Assembly (NCBI RefSeq): GCF_009617975.1 | Contig: NZ_CP040089.1 | Coordinates: 420,001 to 452,000 of the forward strand | Origin: Candidatus Nanohalobium constans | GTDB taxonomy: Archaea > Nanohalarchaeota > Nanosalinia > Nanosalinales > Nanosalinaceae | Length of the DNA stretch: 32,000 nucleotides | Direction of reading: 5' to 3' | Shown here: in pieces, positions 8,001-14,717 of the stretch | Numbering within the stretch: position 1 is the first letter of the stretch | How the letters are laid out: the number at the start of each line of letters is the position of its first letter | Notes under the pieces: model-generated | What the model saw: only the letters and a program-made list of their open reading frames with translations | Told to the model about the DNA's origin: nothing | Database searches by the model: none | Translations under genes and position numbers: made by a program

Positions 8001-8660
8001 TGGAGTCCATCCAAACTCGACTTGGTCGGTCTCATTCATGTAGATGTTCTTCTGCTGCTCGGCAGTGTGAACAGGGTTTCCATCCGTATCAGTTACTTCT
8101 AGACTGATATTTGTATTAGCGGAGTAGTACTGATCCTTGTATGCCTCAGGTACATGATCTACAGGCCCTGCTTCCTCGAAAGCACTGGAAACCGTTGATT
8201 CTGCAGTCGCAGATACGTCTACCGTCAACGGTTCATTGGCATAAACATCGTTGGTAACTGAAAATGAATCGACTGTAGCTGAGCACTGTGAAATCTTCTC
8301 GAATTGGACATCCGTAGTGTTTCCACCGCATGATCCTGAACCACCACAGCTCCAGTCTGCGTATGCCTCTACAGGCACATATCCTGGTGATACATGGTAG
8401 ACTGCGTAGCCATGGTCTTGGAGCTCTGCGGGGTAATCGATAGTTATCTCTCCATTACTGGTGGTGCCTGAGTCCAGAATGTTTCCTCCGAAATCTCCGA
8501 CATTGCTGCAGTCGGTCGAGTTAAGGCAGTTGAACGCCATTACCTCGACATCATCGACATTATAATCATAATTTATCGTAGCCTGAGCTGCTGCAACACT
8601 TGTTAATGCAGCTGCAAACACTATCAGTAAACCTATTTTGCTGCCTATTTTTCTTTTCAT
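5049..8660 (-). CDS. Giant secreted adhesin-like protein (Sec signal; Ig/cadherin-like, carboxypeptidase-regulatory-like and PKD modules; poly-Gly/acidic hinge; C-terminal beta-rich module)
   Basis: Signal MKRKIGSKIGLLIVFAAALTSVAAAQA. PKD-like module around aa 758-841 (APLTVNFNASNSADPDGSITQYNWSFGEGG...YTYTQPGNYTATLTLTDDNG). Two He_PIG/dystroglycan-cadherin-like modules (NDPPTITSNP...VSDPDNG...TWTPT and NNAPSFTST...ATDPDGDTLEY...ITWTPS). Two NTAP-initiated Ig-like modules. CarboxypepD_reg-like segment (KVEFNVVDTNGDPVNNAEVKINDRTNQTDSNGNTEITKLTKGSYTFNVSKTGYT). Many N-x-S/T sequons. ATGA overlap with the upstream gene. Confidence 0.9.
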   Translation of the reverse strand: MKRKIGSKIGLLIVFAAALTSVAAAQATINYDYNVDDVEVMAFNCLNSTDCSNVGDFGGNILDSGTTSNGEITIDYPAELQDHGYAVYHVSPGYVPVEAYADWSCGGSGSCGGNTTDVQFEKISQCSATVDSFSVTNDVYANEPLTVDVSATAESTVSSAFEEAGPVDHVPEAYKDQYYSANTNISLEVTDTDGNPVHTAEQQKNIYMNETDQVEFGWTPSKSENYTVQASTEVIDPQCSSTNILSTDKEPITVHEERPQNEYYTLINDLDIQDNHPKATQQQTFTYSKISNYADNDYDKTAVKTDVNYTVRDSDGQEVNFSTEQLPANQNEQDAESFSFSWTPKSAGTYTVEVAGESVQTEGENPPTSPDTANLEIDVAEEPKWKVEFNVVDTNGDPVNNAEVKINDRTNQTDSNGNTEITKLTKGSYTFNVSKTGYTTSSGSLTIESTTSDPLQKSVVIQNNNTAPKVLDIPNKKIVEGDTNNDINLDNYVSDQQDLASEISWTSNGAEDNQNLDVNIDPDTHDVNITSTSGWTGTESITFTATDTAGATDSDSMTVTVTEKNTAPTVSEIPDVTLDEDTTEYDYVNLVNFVSDAESTYNNLDVSIDVSSDKCGVSIDENEIDIAPNTNFHGTCTVTVQATDPYGATTSNNFEITVNPVNDPPTITSNPQTTVDAYTQYYYQLSVSDPDNGAASFTYTKEQGPANMTINQNGEVTWTPTNNNADNSPHQVTLNVSDGTNSTTQSYSLTVNKAPKNQIPHPEITVNKTKGKAPLTVNFNASNSADPDGSITQYNWSFGEGGKANGIETNYTYTQPGNYTATLTLTDDNGSTATESVRIEVTGNNAPSFTSTSFKTTATVNQQYTYDAQATDPDGDTLEYSLNTAPQSMSINNNTGKITWTPSNTGEYKVEIQVSDGTDTAIQSYNITVSSNSDNDGGGDDEDSGGSSSGGGGGGGGGGFGGSFTTTDEEEEESIEERIQTGDNEVDLDIEPGIDDSYNLTFNVSEDTNITTSVTGNVSEIVSVPANFTAKKGENNLPLQINGSVPGNYTGNLTLQWNNQTLNIPLNLNIEDTGASDYSVAILHKSTADERISYDVKLWDEEKPDTSNQVSITTSVIDSEGDEVYRNTETERIYDVLVRNYRTSILPEGEYTVTATVTDDGEEFTGSRTIQLGPSETITGQFTSSNSLGSLFQDIIDSISNLF
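5775..5828 (-). repeat. Low-complexity hinge coding for SGGGGGGGGGGFGG, flanked by DNDGGGDDEDSGG and TTTDEEEEES
   Basis: Direct translation of aa ~945-962 of the 1203-aa ORF. The plus strand reads ccgcctccaccacctccaccgcctcctccgc. Confidence 0.8.
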
Positions 8661-10600
8661 TGTACTCCGCCTCCTCTGTCTTCTCCGCCCTGTAGACCGC
8701 CATTATCGCCGCCTCCGGAATCGTCGTCTTCATCATCGTCATTTGAACTGGATGAGATTGTGCTGCCGATTTCTTGATTGATTACTTCTGTTGGCATTTT
8801 GTCGAATGGTTTGCCTCTTTTTTCTAGGTATTCCATGATGTCGCTGAATTGCTCTTCTTTTATTTCATCTATAGGAGCTAAGTTGTCTATGAAGTTTTCT
8901 CTGGTTATTCCTAGTTCTTTGACTGGGGCTGCCGCTGCTTCTAAGTAGTCGAAGGCTTCTTCGTTTAAGTCTCTGTCTTTGAATTCGGAGCTGTCTTCCG
9001 TCATGTATTCATGGGCAATATTGTATATTGCCGTGGAGGATTCTAGAATATTGAATTTCTCTTTTCTATCTTCAAGCCGGTCATTGAATGCTTTTTCAGC
9101 AATTTTTTGGACCTTGCTGTTGTTTTCTGGGAACATCGTAGCAAGGTTGTGCATGTCTACGACCAGGTCTTCAAAGACATCTTCCCGGGAGCCTGTTAGT
9201 ATTTTCTCTACTCTTCTTCCTAAGCTGTTTTCGTTGAATAATGGATTCCTGAGGTGGTAATGGCTGTCTGAATCTTCGATTAGTTTGTTGGCGGTTTTGA
9301 AGGCTCCGTCTCTGTGGTTTTTCCAGTCTTTGAAGTCTAGAGTTGTTGTTAGAGTTCTGTCGTTTATGTCGGATCTCCTTTTTATTTTGACTTTTCCTTC
9401 ATCGGAGATTGAAATATCCTTCAAGTTGTCATCTTCGTTGAAGGCTCCGTAACTCCGCATAGGATTCATGTTATAGTTTTGTTCATTCGGACCTCTACCA
9501 AGCCCGATAATTGTATCGTTATCTACACCATCTCCTGACCAGTCGTCTTCGTATGGATTATCTGGTAGTTCGAAGCTACTTTTGTTGTCTGTTCTATGGT
9601 TCATCCATTCTACTTCGGTTTCGCTTATCTCTTGGTCCTTGTTTAGTACTCCGGCAAGGATGTATCTGGATCCATCTTGAACTGTATGATCTCCGTCTTG
9701 AATAGATTGGTCGGAGTTTTCATAGGCTAGTCCTACATCGTAGGCTTGTTCAACTATTTGGAATGCCTCAATGTTCTCTTCCTGGACACGGTTCATCAAC
9801 TGTTCGGTTTGTCCGTTTTGTACTACATCGTCGTAGATGTCGATGAACTTGCCGAACTCGAAGTCTGGTTCGTACTCTGAGCTAGTACTTGTTTCGGTGC
9901 TGACATTGTTGTCGTACCATTCGGAAGCAGTTTCCAAGTCTTTCAATGTTTCAGCTGTATCTCTAGCTTCATCTTCTGATACAGAGCTTAAAGCCCTGTA
10001 GAATTCGGTTCTAGAGTTTGAAGACGAGTGGTGCTGTTCGTTGTCGACGAGAAGGTCGGTGATATTGATTTCTCCGCTAAAGGCGTCGCTTATAGCGCCT
10101 TCATCAAGACTTGTTCCATCTTCATCAAGGTAAGTTTCATCAAAGAATCCGTCATGAATTGTTTCATACGCCTCCTGCGCGCTAAGCGCCTCCGAACCCG
10201 AATCAATGTATTCACTGCTCTCCAGAACTGTCTCATGTCCGGATTCAAAGAAATGCTCCTGAACATCATCTACGTGATCATTGTCGGAAATACTGCCAAA
10301 GAAATACTCTTCCAAGCTCCCGCTATCATAATTTAACACTAAACCATCGTCTCTACTCGTACCAACACTCCCAGTCTCATCTGCCGCAGTCTTAGGCTTC
10401 GAAGAGTTAAGATCCATCGGATCTTTGGATCCAGGCAAACCATCAGAATCATCTTGTCTCCTTCCACCTAAGTAGACTGAAATACCTGAAGCTGCGGCAA
10501 GCGCACCTACGGCTACCATAGTTCTTCTATCTATATTTATATTGGTATAACTAGATTCTCCGTTATCTTCATTTCCAGACAATGGATTTTTTGGAATCAT
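8657..10600 (-). CDS. Very acidic orphan protein with an N-terminal RR-containing hydrophobic anchor or signal; first gene of the surface cluster
   Basis: 1944-nt ORF. N-terminus NIDRRTMVAVGALAAASGISVYLGG is Tat-like or a signal anchor. The remainder is D/E/S-rich with no motif I recognise. C-terminal tail SSSSNDDDEDDDSGGGDNGGLQGGEDRGGG. The stop overlaps the next start (ATGA). Confidence 0.75.
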   Translation of the reverse strand: MIPKNPLSGNEDNGESSYTNINIDRRTMVAVGALAAASGISVYLGGRRQDDSDGLPGSKDPMDLNSSKPKTAADETGSVGTSRDDGLVLNYDSGSLEEYFFGSISDNDHVDDVQEHFFESGHETVLESSEYIDSGSEALSAQEAYETIHDGFFDETYLDEDGTSLDEGAISDAFSGEINITDLLVDNEQHHSSSNSRTEFYRALSSVSEDEARDTAETLKDLETASEWYDNNVSTETSTSSEYEPDFEFGKFIDIYDDVVQNGQTEQLMNRVQEENIEAFQIVEQAYDVGLAYENSDQSIQDGDHTVQDGSRYILAGVLNKDQEISETEVEWMNHRTDNKSSFELPDNPYEDDWSGDGVDNDTIIGLGRGPNEQNYNMNPMRSYGAFNEDDNLKDISISDEGKVKIKRRSDINDRTLTTTLDFKDWKNHRDGAFKTANKLIEDSDSHYHLRNPLFNENSLGRRVEKILTGSREDVFEDLVVDMHNLATMFPENNSKVQKIAEKAFNDRLEDRKEKFNILESSTAIYNIAHEYMTEDSSEFKDRDLNEEAFDYLEAAAAPVKELGITRENFIDNLAPIDEIKEEQFSDIMEYLEKRGKPFDKMPTEVINQEIGSTISSSSNDDDEDDDSGGGDNGGLQGGEDRGGGVQ

Positions 10601-10898
10601 TTAGTAAAAACCCTCTCCCCTATTTACAATTATTAAGTAACAAAAACTTATATAGTTGCCTGTAGTCACGATTTTTTAAGAAACATAAAATAAAACCAGA
10701 TTAAAACATCAGTTGCATTATACTATATACACAACTCTACACCGTTATCTGGCTTCTAAAGCTCAAATAGTTGATTTTTCTCTGAACATAACCTCTTCCA
10801 AGGTTATATCGGAAAACTGTTGATCTAACATAACTTTCCGGCATCAATGTGTCAAAATATCCTGAATATTCGCCTATTGTTGCAGTGATTCTGGTCAG

Positions 10899-10906
10899 TA
10901 TTTTAA
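10899..10906 (+). promoter_or_regulatory. TATA-like box TATTTTAA about 29 nt upstream of the ATG at 10931
   Basis: AT-rich octamer at the spacing expected for a leaderless archaeal transcript. Confidence 0.4.
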
Positions 10907-10930
10907 CCTGTACAAACTCCAAACATCTCT

Positions 10931-12004
10931 ATGAACTCAAAAATCCTATACGCCGGTATTATCCTACTTTCCCTAGCTATAGCAGTTTTCAGCCTTCAAT
11001 CCCTTCAAAATAGTACTCCAGAGGTTGAAGACCGAAATGTGTCTGTGGTAGCTGAGGACCTGGATGTGCCATGGGGTATCGAATTTCTCCCTGACGGAGA
11101 TATGCTTGTGACGGAGCGTCCCGGGAATCTGGTTTTAGTCGAACGAGAGAACGGCAGCCTCGAGAGAACTTACAGGATACAAGGAGTCGAACACAGAGGC
11201 GAAGGTGGACTCCTGGGAATAGCACTCCATCCGAGCTTCACGGAAAACCGCCGGCTGTACCTGTACATGACCACTCAAGACGGAGATATGCTTGAAAACC
11301 GAGTAGTCAGGTACAGATTAGAAGAGAACAGTTTAACTGATTCAGAAATTATAATCGAAGGATTGCCTGGCGCACCTTACCACGACGGCGGCAGGATAGA
11401 GTTCGGACCGGATAAAAAACTCTATATAACAGCAGGAGACGCAACAAACCCGGAATGGGCGCAGAACACCAGTAGATACGCTGGTAAAATCCTGAGACTA
11501 AACCCGGACGGCAGCATACCGGGAGATAATCCTTTTGACAACGCTGTCTATAGTTACGGCCACAGAAATCCTCAGGGACTTACATGGATAGACAACCAGC
11601 TCTGGGCTACCGAACACGGCTCTACAGGTAGAGATGAATTAAACAGGATTGAAAGAGGAGAGAACTATGGCTGGCCTGAGATAGAAGGAAATGAGGACCA
11701 AGGAGGAATGAGGCAACCGGTTATACATTCCGGCAGTGATACCTGGGCGCCGGCAGGAACAGCCAGTATGGACAACAGTATCTACTTTGCTGGCCTGAGA
11801 GGTAACGCACTTTACAAAGCCGAGATAGATGGAAACAGTGTGGAAAATCTTTCACGCCACCTAACCGATTACGGTCGCCTGCGCGCCGTAGAAAAAGGAC
11901 CTGAAGAAGACCTCTACATATCAACCAGCAATACGGATGGGAGAGGAAATCCTGGAGAGAAAGATGATAAGATATTGAGAGTTGATCCGGAAACTCTCGG
12001 TTAA
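10931..12004 (+). CDS. PQQ-dependent soluble sugar (glucose/sorbosone/aldose) dehydrogenase family protein, membrane-anchored or secreted
   Basis: Beta-propeller GSDH-family motifs: GLLGIALHP, HDGGRIEFGPDKKLYITAGD, YSYGHRNPQGL, DELNRIERGENYGWP. N-terminal hydrophobic segment ILYAGIILLSLAIAVFSL. Confidence 0.9.
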   Translation: MNSKILYAGIILLSLAIAVFSLQSLQNSTPEVEDRNVSVVAEDLDVPWGIEFLPDGDMLVTERPGNLVLVERENGSLERTYRIQGVEHRGEGGLLGIALHPSFTENRRLYLYMTTQDGDMLENRVVRYRLEENSLTDSEIIIEGLPGAPYHDGGRIEFGPDKKLYITAGDATNPEWAQNTSRYAGKILRLNPDGSIPGDNPFDNAVYSYGHRNPQGLTWIDNQLWATEHGSTGRDELNRIERGENYGWPEIEGNEDQGGMRQPVIHSGSDTWAPAGTASMDNSIYFAGLRGNALYKAEIDGNSVENLSRHLTDYGRLRAVEKGPEEDLYISTSNTDGRGNPGEKDDKILRVDPETLG

Positions 12005-12016
12005 AGACTGGTTTGT

Positions 12017-12508
12017 TTATTTCACCTGGATATTTTCTCTTGCTTCGTAGATGTTTTCCCGCATCTCATCTATGTCGTAGAGGACAGGGTCATCGAATTC
12101 CTCGTCTTCAAAGTAGTTATTTATCGTTTCAACTGTGTGATCACTGATTATATCTGGCATTCTTCTTAGTTCGTGCTTTCTTCTATTTTCAAGCTGGTCA
12201 AGCCTTTCTTCCACTATATCCAGGTATTTTACAACTGTTTCTGCATCATCTACATCCATCGGCAAAGTATACTCTTCATTCACGTGAATTACATGATCTT
12301 CCAAAGTAGTTAAATCATCCTGGTAGTTAAGCAGGCTATTCCTTGTTATTTCTATCTCTTCAGAGACTTCTCTCTTGTTTGCCTTAATATATCCCTCAAT
12401 CCCGGTCAAAGCATCAATATCATCCTCAAGAAAACCAAGATTACCTTCCAAAATACCTGAAGCTCTCTCAACAGAACCAGTCAGAACAGAATCAACACTC
12501 TCTCCCAT
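12017..12508 (-). CDS. Hypothetical acidic protein
   Basis: 492-nt ORF with the same acidic composition as neighbouring genes. A TATA-like TTAAAATA (minus strand, 12531-12538) lies about 27 nt upstream of the ATG. No recognisable motif. Confidence 0.65.
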   Translation of the reverse strand: MGESVDSVLTGSVERASGILEGNLGFLEDDIDALTGIEGYIKANKREVSEEIEITRNSLLNYQDDLTTLEDHVIHVNEEYTLPMDVDDAETVVKYLDIVEERLDQLENRRKHELRRMPDIISDHTVETINNYFEDEEFDDPVLYDIDEMRENIYEARENIQVK

Positions 12509-12575
12509 AAACCCGCATTCAACAAGAAAATATTTTAATCAATCAAAACTTCACACTCCATAAAGGTAGAAACTA

Positions 12576-12881
12576 ATGCACATCAAAGCAGTGATCTCCG
12601 CAACATCCAAAGAAGAAGCCGAACAAATCTGCGACCAACTACTGGAAGAAAAACTCCTTGCTGGAACACTGATTGTGGATGGCGACTCACGGTACCACTG
12701 GAAAGGAGAGATCGTCAACGAAACATACTACAACATCCAAGCCTACACAGTAGAAAGCCTGAAGCAAGAAATCATAGATAAAGTAAGAGAAATTCATTCT
12801 GACGAAACACCAATCATAGAATACACAGAAATAGACGGAAACCAGGACTTCCTAAAATGGATAGAGGAAAACACGAAATAA
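12576..12881 (+). CDS. cutA: Divalent-cation tolerance protein CutA
   Basis: Length (101 aa) and pattern LLEEKLLAG..I....S.Y.W.GEI..E.....Q..T match CutA1. HSDETPIIEYTEIDGNQDFLKWI matches the conserved C-terminal H..E.P.I....I..GN.DYL.W. Confidence 0.88.
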   Translation: MHIKAVISATSKEEAEQICDQLLEEKLLAGTLIVDGDSRYHWKGEIVNETYYNIQAYTVESLKQEIIDKVREIHSDETPIIEYTEIDGNQDFLKWIEENTK

Positions 12882-12916
12882 TCTTGACTTGATTTCTAGA
12901 GATGTAAGAAGTTCAA

Positions 12917-13417
12917 TCAGTTTTGAGTCTCTATTATGTCTTCCAAAATGTTTTCTGAACTTTCGGAAACTGTTTGAGGGAAAATTTTCTCAAATACATC
13001 TGTTTGACCTATTTCGTAAACTCTCAACCTTGGACATCCCTCTTTCTCATCATAGACAACCTTGGAATTCTCAAGATTCATCTGAATCAGCGAATACTCA
13101 TCCCATCTACCTTCCTGCCAATCCTCTCTATCCTCATAGACTTTTTTCTTAGACTCAAAATCAGTTTTCACATCTCTTAAACGCCCTTCCTCTTTAACCA
13201 GACCTAAAGCTGGTTTCTGCAGAGGGAAAAATCTCTCAACAGCCTCAAGAACACTTTCAAAATCCTTGTCACCTCTCCACTCATACAGAGTGAAGCCCTC
13301 GTACTCCTCAACTTCAACACCGATACCAACATCCGAAAAAACAGCCCTAGAATTATACCTGCTATTCTTAGACTCATCAACATACGAAAGATGCTCCAAA
13401 TCCTGATCAAAGTTCAC
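12917..13417 (-). CDS. Hypothetical acidic protein
   Basis: GTG-initiated 501-nt ORF with a TATA-like CATTTTAA (minus strand, ~13441-13448) about 27 nt upstream. No recognisable motif. Confidence 0.65.
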   Translation of the reverse strand: MNFDQDLEHLSYVDESKNSRYNSRAVFSDVGIGVEVEEYEGFTLYEWRGDKDFESVLEAVERFFPLQKPALGLVKEEGRLRDVKTDFESKKKVYEDREDWQEGRWDEYSLIQMNLENSKVVYDEKEGCPRLRVYEIGQTDVFEKIFPQTVSESSENILEDIIETQN

Positions 13418-13462
13418 TCAAAACAAAGAACATCTAAAACTTAAAATGTTGTTGTGACCAGC

Positions 13463-13475
13463 ATTAAATAAATTT
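13463..13475 (+). promoter_or_regulatory. TATA-like element ATTAAATAAATTT about 26 nt upstream of the GTG at 13494
   Basis: AT-rich element at leaderless spacing. Confidence 0.35.
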
Positions 13476-13493
13476 GATGCCTGAGTCTTATTC

Positions 13494-13991
13494 GTGTCCT
13501 TGAACCTAGATAGCTACCAGTATTCAGGCGAAGAACTTCTCGATCGCCTCGACGAACTGAATTCATCACTCGAAAGAGCAAGATATGCGTTAACACTGGA
13601 AGAAGAGATCAACCATCTTCTAGGAATCAGAATCCCTGAAAATCATGCCTTGGAAAACAGACAAACAGAGTACTGGCTAGATCAGGTAAGAGAAGCAGAG
13701 GCTGAGTTAGACACATTTTTCGAAGAAGAAACAACCAAGTTCCCGATCGAAACAGTTAATGAAAACGAAAGGGGAAATACTTCCTACACAGTGACCATAA
13801 TGAACACAGGCGCTAACTCCTACACAGAGATAGTAAACTCATTCCAGGAAATAAACGGGAATCTGTCCGAAGGAGAACCCACAACCAAACACTCAGAAGT
13901 ACCCTCAATGATCACAGCAGTAGACCACTCAGACCTCCTTATAGAAACATGGGAAAAACTCCAGAACACATACAAATTCTCGGAGAACTAG
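13494..13991 (+). CDS. Hypothetical acidic protein
   Basis: GTG-initiated 498-nt ORF with a helical-looking N-terminal half. Ends with TAG. No recognisable motif. Confidence 0.65.
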   Translation: MSLNLDSYQYSGEELLDRLDELNSSLERARYALTLEEEINHLLGIRIPENHALENRQTEYWLDQVREAEAELDTFFEEETTKFPIETVNENERGNTSYTVTIMNTGANSYTEIVNSFQEINGNLSEGEPTTKHSEVPSMITAVDHSDLLIETWEKLQNTYKFSEN

Positions 13992-14022
13992 AAAAATAAC
14001 TCTTTAGATAAATCTGGTAATT

Positions 14023-14496
14023 ATGGAAACTCAAATCCGACAAGCAGAAAACTCAGACATAGAAAGAATATAGGAACTAAACACCGAACTATCAGAAATG
14101 GAAGCAGAAGAACACGACCCAACAATCGACCCAGAATGGACGCTAACAGAAGAAGCAGCCAACTGGTACAGAGAAAGAATAAACCAAGGAAACGGATTTG
14201 CAGTAGTAGCACAAGAAGACCAAACAGTAATCGGATACGCAATAGGAGTCACAGAATCAGCAGAAGAGTTCCGAACCACCGACACACTAGCAGAACTCGA
14301 AACCATGTACCTCCAACCACAATACAGAGGACAAGGAATTGGTTCTAAACTAGTACAAGAATTCAAAGACTGGGCACGAGAGAAAGGCGCAGATCGATTG
14401 AGAGTAGAAGCATCAGCCGAGAATGAAGACGCTATTCGGTTCTATCAGGAAAACGGTTTTGAAGATTACTCAGTTACTCTTGAGGAAGATTTTTAG
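14023..14496 (+). pseudogene. GNAT-family N-acetyltransferase interrupted by an in-frame TAG at 14071-14073 (otherwise intact, ~157 codons)
   Basis: ATG at 14023 gives METQIRQAENSDIERI, then TAG, then in frame ELNTELSEMEAEEHD..., which continues into the 132-aa track ORF (14098-14496). M..IR.A...D...I..L is the canonical GNAT beta1/alpha1 start. The acetyl-CoA motif QPQYRGQGIGSKLV lies downstream. Confidence 0.75.
14071..14073 (+). other. In-frame amber (TAG) codon inside the GNAT reading frame
   Basis: Codon-by-codon reading from the ATG at 14023. The TAG is 16 codons in, and the track ORF Met at 14098 is exactly 25 codons from that ATG. Confidence 0.9.
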
Positions 14497-14717
14497 CTAG
14501 GTAACTCTTCTATTATTCTGATTACTAGAACTGCCACTACTATACCTAAAATTGCAGGAATTATGAGTTCAAGCAAAGCTGAAGCGAACTGATTTATTAT
14601 TGACTCATACTGCGGCAAGTAAATCTGTGCCACTATACTTGCTGCTAATATGATGAATATTGAGCCTATTCCAACCTCTATTATCTCTTCAACCTCAATC
14701 TTCATTGACATCACCAT
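14493..14717 (-). CDS. Small two-TM membrane protein (hypothetical)
   Basis: Two hydrophobic helices (GIGSIFIILAASIVAQIYL and LLELIIPAILGIVVAVLVIRII). The start may be an internal Met (MKIEVEE at 14705). The stop overlaps the convergent GNAT stop. Confidence 0.55.
   Translation of the reverse strand: MVMSMKIEVEEIIEVGIGSIFIILAASIVAQIYLPQYESIINQFASALLELIIPAILGIVVAVLVIRIIEELPS

Noticed and set aside
68-10600. Prophage or integrated virus as the explanation for the tail-fibre-like motifs
   Set aside because: - There is no integrase, capsid, portal, terminase or att-like repeat in or next to the cluster.
- The products carry cellular export signals (Sec, Tat, class III).
- The left boundary lies outside the window, so a larger element cannot be fully excluded.
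10737-10922. 61-aa minus-strand ORF in the 330-bp intergenic region, and a 7-bp inverted repeat ATAACCT/AGGTTAT at 10788-10807
   Set aside because: - The ORF is basic and aromatic-rich, unlike the local proteome. It would run through the TATA region of the divergent dehydrogenase gene, with no promoter or SD of its own.
- The hairpin is short and AT-rich and could arise by chance. I could not link it to a terminator or operator.
14071-14073. Genome-wide TAG reassignment or pyrrolysine as the explanation for the in-frame amber in the GNAT gene
   Set aside because: - TAG is used as an apparently genuine terminator by several genes in this window, for example at 13989-13991, 14494-14496, 15322-15324, 21546-21548 and 24900-24902.
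- No pyl genes are visible.
- A local nonsense mutation or a sequencing error is more parsimonious. Site-specific readthrough cannot be excluded from sequence alone.
14021-14366. Two minus-strand ORFs (73 aa and 111 aa) antisense to the GNAT gene
   Set aside because: They have Leu/Ser/Cys-rich, low-complexity composition and are nested in a gene with clear family motifs.
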